Below are positions 7,595 to 14,728 of a DNA stretch of 32,000 nt, piece by piece. The translations under genes were made by a program, and so were the position numbers. The notes under the pieces were generated by a model. That model searched no databases. It was not told the DNA's origin and saw only the letters and a list, made by a program, of their open reading frames with translations. The DNA comes from Acaryochloris marina S15 (GTDB taxonomy: Bacteria; Cyanobacteriota; Cyanobacteriia; Thermosynechococcales; Thermosynechococcaceae), in contig NZ_CP064923.1 of assembly GCF_018336915.1 (NCBI RefSeq), forward strand, positions 60,001 to 92,000. The letters are read 5' to 3'. Position 1 is the stretch's first letter. Every line of letters starts with the position of its first letter.

Positions 7595-8566
7595 ATGGCA
7601 AATATGCAAGCAGCTGTGTTGACGGCATTGGGTGGTCCCGAAGGGTTTGAGATCCAGCAGATCCCCAAACCTGTACCAAAAGCCAATCAGATCTTAGTCC
7701 GCGTCTATGCAACGTCTATCAATCCTGTTGATTATCAAACCCGTCGGGGTGACTATAAAGACTATGTGCAACTCCCAGCAGTTATTGGTCTTGATGTGTC
7801 TGGGGTTGTTGAGGCCGTGGGAGAAACCGTAACCGCCTTTAAGCCAGGAGATGAAGTCTATTACGCGCCTAGAATTTTTGAAGATGCGGGTAGCTATGCT
7901 CAATACAATGTTGTTGATGAGAGCCTGGTTGCGATTAAGCCCAAAAATCTATCCCATACTGAAGCAGCGTGTTTTCCCATAGCAGGTGGAACCGCTTGGG
8001 AGTCCCTGTTTACTAGGGCAAATCTCCAGGTAGGTGAATCTGTTTTGATTCATGCGGGCGCAGGTGGCGTTGGGTCTTTAGCCATCCAATTAGCGAAAGC
8101 GATAGGTGCCTACGTGTTCACAACCTGTAGCCCTAGAAATCATGATTTGGTTACGAAACTGGGCGCGGACCATGTGATTGACTATACAACGGAAGACTAT
8201 GTAGAAGTCATTCAGCGAGAAACAGACAATCAAGGCGTTGATGTCGTCTTTGATACGATTGGCGGCAAGACGATTCAACAAAGTTTCGAGATTCTTCGCC
8301 CTTATGGTCGCCTTGTTAGCATCGTCGACATTGAAACGCCGCAATCTTTGCTCGCCGCTTGGGATCGAAATCTATCTGTCCATTTTGTTTTTAACCCAGT
8401 TAATTCAGCGAAGCTAGATGCCCTAAGGCAGCTTATTGAACGCGAACAGCTAAAACCAGTTATTGACTCAATCATGCCGTGGCAACAGGTGAGTCAAGCC
8501 ATCCAACGATTAGAACAAGGCGGAACAACAGGAAAGATTGTGCTGGATTTTGCTGATGATAATTAG
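7595..8566 (+). CDS. NADPH:quinone oxidoreductase-like zinc-binding dehydrogenase (MDR)
   Basis: MQAAVL...GGPEGFEIQQIPKP...VRVYATSINPVDY...HAGAGGVGSLAIQLAK. The start is ATG 7595 or 7604. The in-frame GTG 7565 extension is derived from an NTF2 remnant. Confidence 0.8.
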   Translation: MANMQAAVLTALGGPEGFEIQQIPKPVPKANQILVRVYATSINPVDYQTRRGDYKDYVQLPAVIGLDVSGVVEAVGETVTAFKPGDEVYYAPRIFEDAGSYAQYNVVDESLVAIKPKNLSHTEAACFPIAGGTAWESLFTRANLQVGESVLIHAGAGGVGSLAIQLAKAIGAYVFTTCSPRNHDLVTKLGADHVIDYTTEDYVEVIQRETDNQGVDVVFDTIGGKTIQQSFEILRPYGRLVSIVDIETPQSLLAAWDRNLSVHFVFNPVNSAKLDALRQLIEREQLKPVIDSIMPWQQVSQAIQRLEQGGTTGKIVLDFADDN

Positions 8567-8650
8567 CTTAACAATGCCTGCTGCAACCCTGCCTGAACTT
8601 ATACGAGCACGGCATTTTCTATATTTGTCAAAATAGAAGGTACAAAAGTC

Positions 8651-9115
8651 ATGAAAATCAGGCTACTCGTCCTAGCAGGCCTATTGTTTGCAGCTATGCT
8701 TTTGCCCATCACTGCGAGCAATGCCCATACTGTAAAGAGGTTGAAAGATCGCGACGCTGTAGCGATTGAAACAGTAATTTTCGATTATTTTGAAGGAAAC
8801 GGTACAGCAGATCGAGATCGGCTTGGCGCTGCTTTCCATGAAGACCTCGCCGTAATGGTAGGTATCATTAAGTCAGAGAATGGAACTCTCGAACGTCGTG
8901 CCTGGCACGATATGCCCGCTCTGCTAGATGCATGGGCAGCGGTCGAGAATCCTCCTGGTACGGGACGGGACGGCGAAGTTCTGCACATTCAAACAGTCGA
9001 TGGACGGATCGCAACTGCCCTCTTTCGCTACACAGATGAATTTTATGATGCCTTTACATTGCTAAAGCACGATGGCCAATGGAAGATCGCTAGCAAGGCA
9101 TTCATCGAACAATAA
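8651..9115 (+). CDS. NTF2-like protein with N-terminal signal peptide (distant paralogue of 2651-3070)
   Basis: MKIRLLVLAGLLFAAMLLPITASNA is a signal-like N-terminus. The C-terminus is FTLLKHDGQWKIASKAF. Confidence 0.6.
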   Translation: MKIRLLVLAGLLFAAMLLPITASNAHTVKRLKDRDAVAIETVIFDYFEGNGTADRDRLGAAFHEDLAVMVGIIKSENGTLERRAWHDMPALLDAWAAVENPPGTGRDGEVLHIQTVDGRIATALFRYTDEFYDAFTLLKHDGQWKIASKAFIEQ

Positions 9116-9152
9116 ATTTCAATCGAATAGAAAATGTAATTGGAGAATGATC

Positions 9153-9896
9153 ATGTCTCAAAATATTGATGGGAAAGTCGTTGTTATTACTGGTGCCAGC
9201 AGTGGCCTAGGAGAATCAACAGCTCGTCATTTAGCCTCGTTGGGCGCGAAGGTCGTGTTGGGAGCACGCCGCACAGAGAAATTAGAACGCATCACCCAAG
9301 AGATCCGCGACAGTGGGGGACAGGCTGAATTTTTGACCACAGATGTTACCGTTGCTAGCGATTTAAAGGCACTCGTTGAGAAAGCGATCGCAGCTTTCGG
9401 TCAAGTCGATGTCATTATCAACAATGCTGGATTGATGGCGATTGCTCCCATGTCAGAGACGAAAACTGACGAATGGGATCGCATGATTGATATCAACATT
9501 AAAGGCGTTCTATACGGTATTGCAGCGGCCTTACCCATCTTTGAAAGACAGGGCAGTGGACACTTTATCAACATTTCTTCTGTTGCTGGAGTGAAGGTAT
9601 TTAGTCCCGGTGGTGCGGTCTACAGTGGCACTAAATTTGCTGTGAGAGCAATTTCTGAAGGATTAAGGCATGAAGTGGGTGGCAAGATCAGAACAACCAC
9701 TATTGAGCCAGGTGCTGTAGATTCTGATCTAAAACACGGTAGTTCACATCAGGAAAGCTCGGACTTTGTGAAAGATTTTTATCAGATTGCAATTCCTGCT
9801 GACTCTGTTGCGCGTGCTATTGCCTACGCCATTGAACAACCTGCAGATATAGATATCAATGAGCTTGTCTTACGGCCAACCGTACAAGATTTCTAA
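9153..9896 (+). CDS. SDR family oxidoreductase
   Basis: VVVITGASSGLGE, NNAG and YSGTKFAV motifs. GGAG lies 7 nt upstream of ATG 9153. The 9072 start would overlap the preceding gene. Confidence 0.85.
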   Translation: MSQNIDGKVVVITGASSGLGESTARHLASLGAKVVLGARRTEKLERITQEIRDSGGQAEFLTTDVTVASDLKALVEKAIAAFGQVDVIINNAGLMAIAPMSETKTDEWDRMIDINIKGVLYGIAAALPIFERQGSGHFINISSVAGVKVFSPGGAVYSGTKFAVRAISEGLRHEVGGKIRTTTIEPGAVDSDLKHGSSHQESSDFVKDFYQIAIPADSVARAIAYAIEQPADIDINELVLRPTVQDF

Positions 9897-9935
9897 ACCG
9901 GTTCTAGTTTGAGAACTAGAAGTAGATGACAGTTT

Positions 9936-9978
9936 GCATTTTTTTAGCGACTTTATCTACATCTGCAGGTTGGCTCAG
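9936..9978 (+). promoter_or_regulatory. promoter/operator-like repeat, copy R3 (diverged)
   Basis: GCATTTTTTTAGCGACTTTATCTACATCTGCAGGTTGGCTCAG. It shares CATTTTTTT and TTTATCTACAT with R1. It is followed by NTF2 remnant C and the YahK-like ADH. Confidence 0.45.
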
Positions 9979-10011
9979 TATGTGCTTTCTCAAAAGCCAA
10001 CCTAAAAAACT

Positions 10012-10113
10012 AACTGGGATAGCTTCCACTTCATAGACTTCTTTGTTCTCTACAAGCACTGCAGCCAGCGGGAAATCAGTGGTAAGGCCTACGAGTCTCA
10101 CACCCAAAACTAA
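10012..10113 (+). pseudogene. NTF2-like gene 3' remnant (copy C, about 33 codons)
   Basis: NWDSFHFIDFFVLYKHCSQREISGKAYESHTQN* aligns with NWAGFRYTDFFVLYKQDGQWKISGKVYDSHAQN* of the intact copy. An in-frame TAA sits just upstream at 10003-10005. Confidence 0.7.
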
Positions 10114-10148
10114 GTTTTATCTATCTACTATTTCTAATAGGAGAACCC

Positions 10149-11171
10149 ATGACGACAGCATCCATGATTAGAGCTTATGCTGCTGCCGAGGTCGGCGGTA
10201 ATCTAACGCCATTTGAGTACAAGCCAGATCCACTAAAGGATACAGATGTTGAGATCGATGTTGAGTATTGTGGCCTTTGCCACAGCGATCTGAGTATGTT
10301 GGACAACGAATGGGGAATTACCCAATATCCCTTTGTTCCTGGTCATGAAGTGATTGGACGAGTGGCTAAGCTCGGTTCTGCGGTTAAATCTCTTCACGTT
10401 GGCCAGCAAGTGGGCTTGGGATGGTTTTCCAGTTCTTGTATGACCTGTGAATGGTGTCTTTCTGGGAATCACAATCTTTGCCCCAGCCGAGAAGAAACCA
10501 TCGTTAATCGACATGGCGGTTTTGCGGATAAGGTGCGCGCCCATGAAGTATGGACTGTTCCTCTCCCTGAAGGGATTGATGCGGTCAAAGCAGGTCCCCT
10601 ATTCTGTGGCGGCATTACTGTTTTTAATCCCCTTATTCAGTTGGGAATACAGCCAACAGACAAAGTTGGGGTCATTGGCATTGGTGGATTGGGGCATATG
10701 GCACTAAAGTTCTTGCGTGCTTGGGGGTGTGAAGTCACCGCTTTTTCATCGAGTCCTGAAAAAACGGCTGAAGCAAAAGCGATGGGGGCGCATTATGTTG
10801 TCAACTCACGTGAGCCTGACGCACTGAAAGCGGTCGCCAATTCCTTTGATGTGATTCTTTCTACCGTCAGCGCCGATTTAGACTGGAGCATTTATATCGA
10901 GGCCCTGCGTCCTCAAGGCAAGATCCACTTTGTTGGCATCCCACCCTCCCCTTTGAGTACCTCCTTATTTTCGATTATTGATGCACAGCGGTCGGTGTCA
11001 GGATCACCGTTGGGCAGTCCGGCAACCGTGCAGAAAATGCTCAATTTTTCTCAACGTCACAGCATTGAACCCGTTATTGAAACGTTTCCCTTTAGCCAAG
11101 TCAATGAAGCCATAGACCGGCTCCGTCACGGGAAGCCACGTTATCGGATTGTATTAGTACCAGACTCATAG
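10149..11171 (+). CDS. NAD(P)-dependent alcohol/aldehyde reductase, cinnamyl-alcohol-dehydrogenase (YahK/AdhC-like) subfamily
   Basis: CGLCHSDLSMLDNEWG...PFVPGHEVIGRV, structural zinc cysteines CMTCEWCLSGNHNLC, and GIGGLGHMALKF. AGGAGAA RBS. Confidence 0.85.
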   Translation: MTTASMIRAYAAAEVGGNLTPFEYKPDPLKDTDVEIDVEYCGLCHSDLSMLDNEWGITQYPFVPGHEVIGRVAKLGSAVKSLHVGQQVGLGWFSSSCMTCEWCLSGNHNLCPSREETIVNRHGGFADKVRAHEVWTVPLPEGIDAVKAGPLFCGGITVFNPLIQLGIQPTDKVGVIGIGGLGHMALKFLRAWGCEVTAFSSSPEKTAEAKAMGAHYVVNSREPDALKAVANSFDVILSTVSADLDWSIYIEALRPQGKIHFVGIPPSPLSTSLFSIIDAQRSVSGSPLGSPATVQKMLNFSQRHSIEPVIETFPFSQVNEAIDRLRHGKPRYRIVLVPDS

Positions 11172-11215
11172 CGTTGGATGGAGTACAGGACTAGGACGAC
11201 CTAAAAATGCTATTT

Positions 11216-12820
11216 CTATGGACTATCGTCGTTAGGAGTCGGGGCGGTAGGGGTAGGCGGCGGCACCGGAATCACAACGGGAGATTGTATCGGCGATGGC
11301 TCTGGACTAGGGCTGAGAGTTGGTTCTTCTGGCTGTGTGGGGTCTGGGCTGGGACTGGGGTCCGGCTCTAATGTAGGTTCAGGTGGTTCCGTGGGGGTGG
11401 GAGTGGGTGCAGGGCGCTCCAAGTCTGCAATTTTGCGTTTGGCTGCGAAGTAGATGGGATCGGCTCGCCTATCCCAGTAAGGATTTTGGGGCAATTTAAA
11501 CGCTAAGTCTCGGGCAACATACCAGCGTTTACCATCAAAGGCTGTTTTAGCACGATTGAATAGGTCTTGTTGTTGTTGCCATGTCGTTTGCCAGGTCTGG
11601 ACTTGGGTTTGGGCGGCTTCAGCACTGTCGCTGTTGCTGGGGATTTGGTTTGCGATCGCAATTGCTGCATCTAAATCCCCAGACTGTCGCGCTTCTTGCT
11701 GAGCCTGCTCTAGGAGCGTCGCACCATTATCTACATTGGCGACCGGTTGGAGAAACGGGAATAGTTCATCCGTTACTCCCCAGTAGGTGAGGCCAACCAT
11801 GCCTAAACCCATGACCAAGGCCATAGCGCCGAAGCCGAACACCCAGGGGGCACAGCCTGAAGATTTCGCGACCGGCGGGGATGGGCGCTGCTGTGGACGG
11901 GGGGGGGTGGGTGTGGCAACGACTTGGGTGGGTTCTATGGCTGATATTGCTGGTTCTACGGGAGGTGTGAAGGGTTTAGGAGAGGGCTGTACGGAGGTTT
12001 GATCGATGGTCTGATGGAGTGCTTGTAAAGCATCAGCAGCAGTTTGGTAGCGCAATTTAAAATAGGGGCGCACCATTTGAGTAAGGACCTGGGCCAATTC
12101 ATCACTCACCGCCGCCTGATCTCGCCAAACTAGCTCGCCGTCTACATCTTCTTGGAATTGGGAGGGGGGTCTGCCCGTCAGGGCCTGAATACCGATAATT
12201 CCGAGAGAATACAGGTCGCTATTGGGACGCGGCTTCCCTTGGCTTTGCTCACTGGCCATATATCCGGGGGTGCCCACGACCACGGTGATATTGGTTTGTG
12301 GATTAGTGACTAGGCCTTGATTGCGCACCTGTTTGACCGACCCAAAGTCGACCAAGACCAGCTTCTGATCGGCTCGGCGACGGATAATATTCTCAGGTTT
12401 AATATCGCGATGAATCACCCCTTGGCCATGAATAAATTCCAAGACTTCGAGCACTTCGGACAGCAGCGATTGCACCTGCGACTCTGGCCATTGTTCTCCC
12501 GCCGCCAGTTCATCCGTGAGGGGAGCCCCATCAATCAGTTCTTGGACGAGGAAAAAGTCTTGATCTTGCTCAAAGAAGGCGAGTAGCCGGGGAATTTGAT
12601 GGTGGTGGCCTAACTGTTCTAAGGTTTCCGCTTCACTGCGGAATAGGCGACGAGCCACTTCCAAAAACTCTGGATCGCTGCTAGCGGGCTGCAGCAATTT
12701 AACCACACAAGACGGATTGCCGGGGCGTCTTGTATCCTCAGCAATATAGGTTTGTCCAAAGCCTCCTTCCCCGAGAGACTGTACGATGCGATAACGCCCA
12801 TCCAACGTTTGCCCAATCAT
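11216..12820 (-). CDS. membrane-anchored Ser/Thr protein kinase (Hanks type) with an extracytoplasmic domain and a Pro-rich tail
   Basis: GEGGFGQTY, VVKLL, HRDIKPENI, DFGSVK and GTPGYMASE. A TM segment (PWVFGFGAMALVMGLGMVGLTYWGV) is followed by about 150 aa and a P/T/S/E-rich C-terminus. Confidence 0.85.
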   Translation of the reverse strand: MIGQTLDGRYRIVQSLGEGGFGQTYIAEDTRRPGNPSCVVKLLQPASSDPEFLEVARRLFRSEAETLEQLGHHHQIPRLLAFFEQDQDFFLVQELIDGAPLTDELAAGEQWPESQVQSLLSEVLEVLEFIHGQGVIHRDIKPENIIRRRADQKLVLVDFGSVKQVRNQGLVTNPQTNITVVVGTPGYMASEQSQGKPRPNSDLYSLGIIGIQALTGRPPSQFQEDVDGELVWRDQAAVSDELAQVLTQMVRPYFKLRYQTAADALQALHQTIDQTSVQPSPKPFTPPVEPAISAIEPTQVVATPTPPRPQQRPSPPVAKSSGCAPWVFGFGAMALVMGLGMVGLTYWGVTDELFPFLQPVANVDNGATLLEQAQQEARQSGDLDAAIAIANQIPSNSDSAEAAQTQVQTWQTTWQQQQDLFNRAKTAFDGKRWYVARDLAFKLPQNPYWDRRADPIYFAAKRKIADLERPAPTPTPTEPPEPTLEPDPSPSPDPTQPEEPTLSPSPEPSPIQSPVVIPVPPPTPTAPTPNDDSP

Positions 12821-12824
12821 GTTG

Positions 12825-13748
12825 TTAGTAAAACTTTAGCCATCCATGCCCAGCATAGCGGGGAGGAAAGATATGGGGATGAAATATCTCGGCTAAAAGT
12901 TCCATGGAATCCACTAAACGGGGGCCAGGGCGATTGAAATATTGGTTGCCATCCGTGAGATACACTTGCTGGTTCTGCACGGCTTTCAACTGTTGCCATT
13001 GGGGCTTTTGGGCCAGTTCTTGGGTGGCCTGGGCCGTTTGCTCCAGATTAAAACCACAGGGCATACAAACAATGATGTCTGGATTGGCTACGAGCAGTTG
13101 CTCCCAGGTTAACCAACTGGAATGTTGACCAACGGTTCCTAAACACGGGACTCCTCCCGCTAGATCCACCAGCTCTGGCACCCAATTGCCCGCAATCATC
13201 AGTGGATCGGTCCATTCAATGCAGGCTACGGTGGGTCGATGCTCAAGGTCTTGAAGCTGCTGCTGACAGTTTTTGATGCGGGTTTGGAGCTGCTGAACGA
13301 TGGATTGGCTGTCGTATCCGAGTGCGATCGCAACGCGTTCCATATCTTGCCAAACATGGGCCAACAGGCTGGGCTGCAGTGAAATCACTTGAGTCGTTTG
13401 ATCCGTGATCTGAGTGAGAGCCTGCTCAACATCGGCTAGGCTCACCGCACAGACTTCACATTGGGCTTGGGTGACAATATGCGTGGGCTGTAGATCTTTT
13501 AGCTGATCTAAATCCAGACGATAGATACCTAGTGCCGACTGCAGCAGCTCTGTCACCTGATCATGGATAACGCGACTGGGCCGATCGGAATTCAGATTGG
13601 CTGCGGTGCAAACCGGTAGATCTTGCACCCGCTCAGGATAGTCACATTCATGGGAGCGGCCCACCAAATAGCCACCGCATCCCAAAGCTGCCACGATTTC
13701 CGTCGCACTCGGAATTAAAGAAATAATCCGCAGGTCTGACCGGGACAT
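12825..13748 (-). CDS. BtuF/TroA-like periplasmic-binding-protein-fold protein without a signal peptide (cobalamin-binding-protein-like)
   Basis: RIISLIPSATEIVAALG...LVGRSHECDYP is typical of type-8 PBP (PF01497-like) proteins. No hydrophobic N-terminus. Only 4 nt separate its stop from the kinase start. Confidence 0.65.
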   Translation of the reverse strand: MSRSDLRIISLIPSATEIVAALGCGGYLVGRSHECDYPERVQDLPVCTAANLNSDRPSRVIHDQVTELLQSALGIYRLDLDQLKDLQPTHIVTQAQCEVCAVSLADVEQALTQITDQTTQVISLQPSLLAHVWQDMERVAIALGYDSQSIVQQLQTRIKNCQQQLQDLEHRPTVACIEWTDPLMIAGNWVPELVDLAGGVPCLGTVGQHSSWLTWEQLLVANPDIIVCMPCGFNLEQTAQATQELAQKPQWQQLKAVQNQQVYLTDGNQYFNRPGPRLVDSMELLAEIFHPHIFPPRYAGHGWLKFY

Positions 13749-13758
13749 TCAGGGTCCC

Positions 13759-13977
13759 TTACTCAATCGTGATGGACTGAGGTCCGCCACCATTTTGATT
13801 GGAAGAGTGGTCGGTAGATGAAGAATAATCGTGGGGTCCGCCCTTTTTATCTAACCAACTTTTGACGGGATCGTCATTGAGATCTAGGCGGAAGAGACCT
13901 GAAGCAAACCCTCCCATAAAGGCGACGGGTTTACTCACAAATTCTTGAAATAGGGGCGTTAATTCGTCCAAAAACAT
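13759..13977 (-). CDS. small hypothetical protein (72 aa)
   Basis: ATG ORF lying 10 nt upstream of the BtuF-like gene on the same strand. No family recognised. Confidence 0.45.
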   Translation of the reverse strand: MFLDELTPLFQEFVSKPVAFMGGFASGLFRLDLNDDPVKSWLDKKGGPHDYSSSTDHSSNQNGGGPQSITIE

Positions 13978-14056
13978 CTACGTGTCTCATGCAGGTTACT
14001 ACTGTAATGGTAACGCGACACCCCAGATCCATTGCCGCTAATTTGTAGTCCTTGAT

Positions 14057-14443
14057 TTAAGCGGCCTGCTGGTGTTGAGCGCGATAGACCTGTGAGTAGG
14101 TATTAATTAAAGGCATGCCGTAAGCAGACACTACATGAAAGGCCTGATTGTGGGTATAGAGTTGAGACTGCACATAGGGACTTTGGGCAATGAGGGCACA
14201 GGCTCGTTCAGGAGACTCGCCTTGAATTAAAGCTTCTGCTAAGACACCCCTGTCGAGAGTTTCTCCCATATCTGGATACAAAGACACAATGGAATAATAC
14301 TCGTCATAGGTAGACCCTAGGCAAAGACACCCAAGATCTTGATGTGCTGCATGGGCGAGTTCAACGTAGCGATTCCGAATGGTTGAGCAGGATGGTGTCT
14401 GGGTATCAAGCACGGAAGCCTCCTCAAGGGTGCAGGTGATCAT
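14057..14443 (-). CDS. hypothetical protein (128 aa)
   Basis: ATG ORF with no competing frame. No family recognised. Confidence 0.45.
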   Translation of the reverse strand: MITCTLEEASVLDTQTPSCSTIRNRYVELAHAAHQDLGCLCLGSTYDEYYSIVSLYPDMGETLDRGVLAEALIQGESPERACALIAQSPYVQSQLYTHNQAFHVVSAYGMPLINTYSQVYRAQHQQAA

Positions 14444-14501
14444 TAGGGCTTATTGATTTGAAGCAAAATTAGGGAAGGATAGTTATCCCCAGTGAAGAAC
14501 A

Positions 14502-14545
14502 ACTATCCCTGAGTGCAAGTGAGACTATCTCTGAGTGCAAGTGAG
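14502..14545. repeat. 22-bp tandem direct repeat, two copies (ACTATCYCTGAGTGCAAGTGAG), preceded by a weaker third copy and the palindrome GGATAGTTATCC (14477-14488)
   Basis: Units 14502-14523 and 14524-14545 differ at one position. They lie 60-100 nt upstream of the 128-aa minus-strand gene. Confidence 0.9.
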
Positions 14546-14728
14546 GTTTAATCACTTAAGATAGCCATGGGTCTAATGTCGCAGTTCTGACTCAGGCTTG
14601 ACATGGTAAAACTACCGAAGTCTACGGGGCAAAAATAGCGTTCCAAATTTCGCCGATGGTCAGCTGTCAGAGGCTTTCCGTAATCTCCGTATATATACGG
14701 TTGTTTTGATCAGATTTTGCTTCAAGAG

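Noticed and set aside
1-11171. Integron or CALIN-like gene-cassette array. The genes are small, co-oriented and of cassette-typical function (glyoxalase, NTF2-like, GST, tautomerase), and repeats recur between them.
   Set aside because: There is no intI integrase. The recurring repeats lie 5' of genes and look like promoters (T-run, -35, -10). I could not find paired attC core sites (RYYYAAC ... GTTRRRY) flanking the genes. The lone GTTAAGC at 966-972 has no partner.
13749-14056. Cobalamin riboswitch upstream of the BtuF-like gene.
   Set aside because: Only 10 nt separate it from the upstream ORF, and no B12-box-like sequence is visible in the 80-nt region upstream of the 72-aa gene.
14502-14545. 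Possible CRISPR-like repeats: the 22-bp units here and at 23422-23465.
   Set aside because: Each locus has only two directly abutting units with no spacers, and no cas genes are present. They are simple tandem duplications or binding sites.
14687-14700. Perfect 14-bp palindrome CCGTATATATACGG just 3' of the GPH transporter gene, considered as a terminator.
   Set aside because: The stem is AT-rich and no U-tract follows on the transcribed (minus) strand. It is too weak to call as a terminator, though it may still be a minor structural element.
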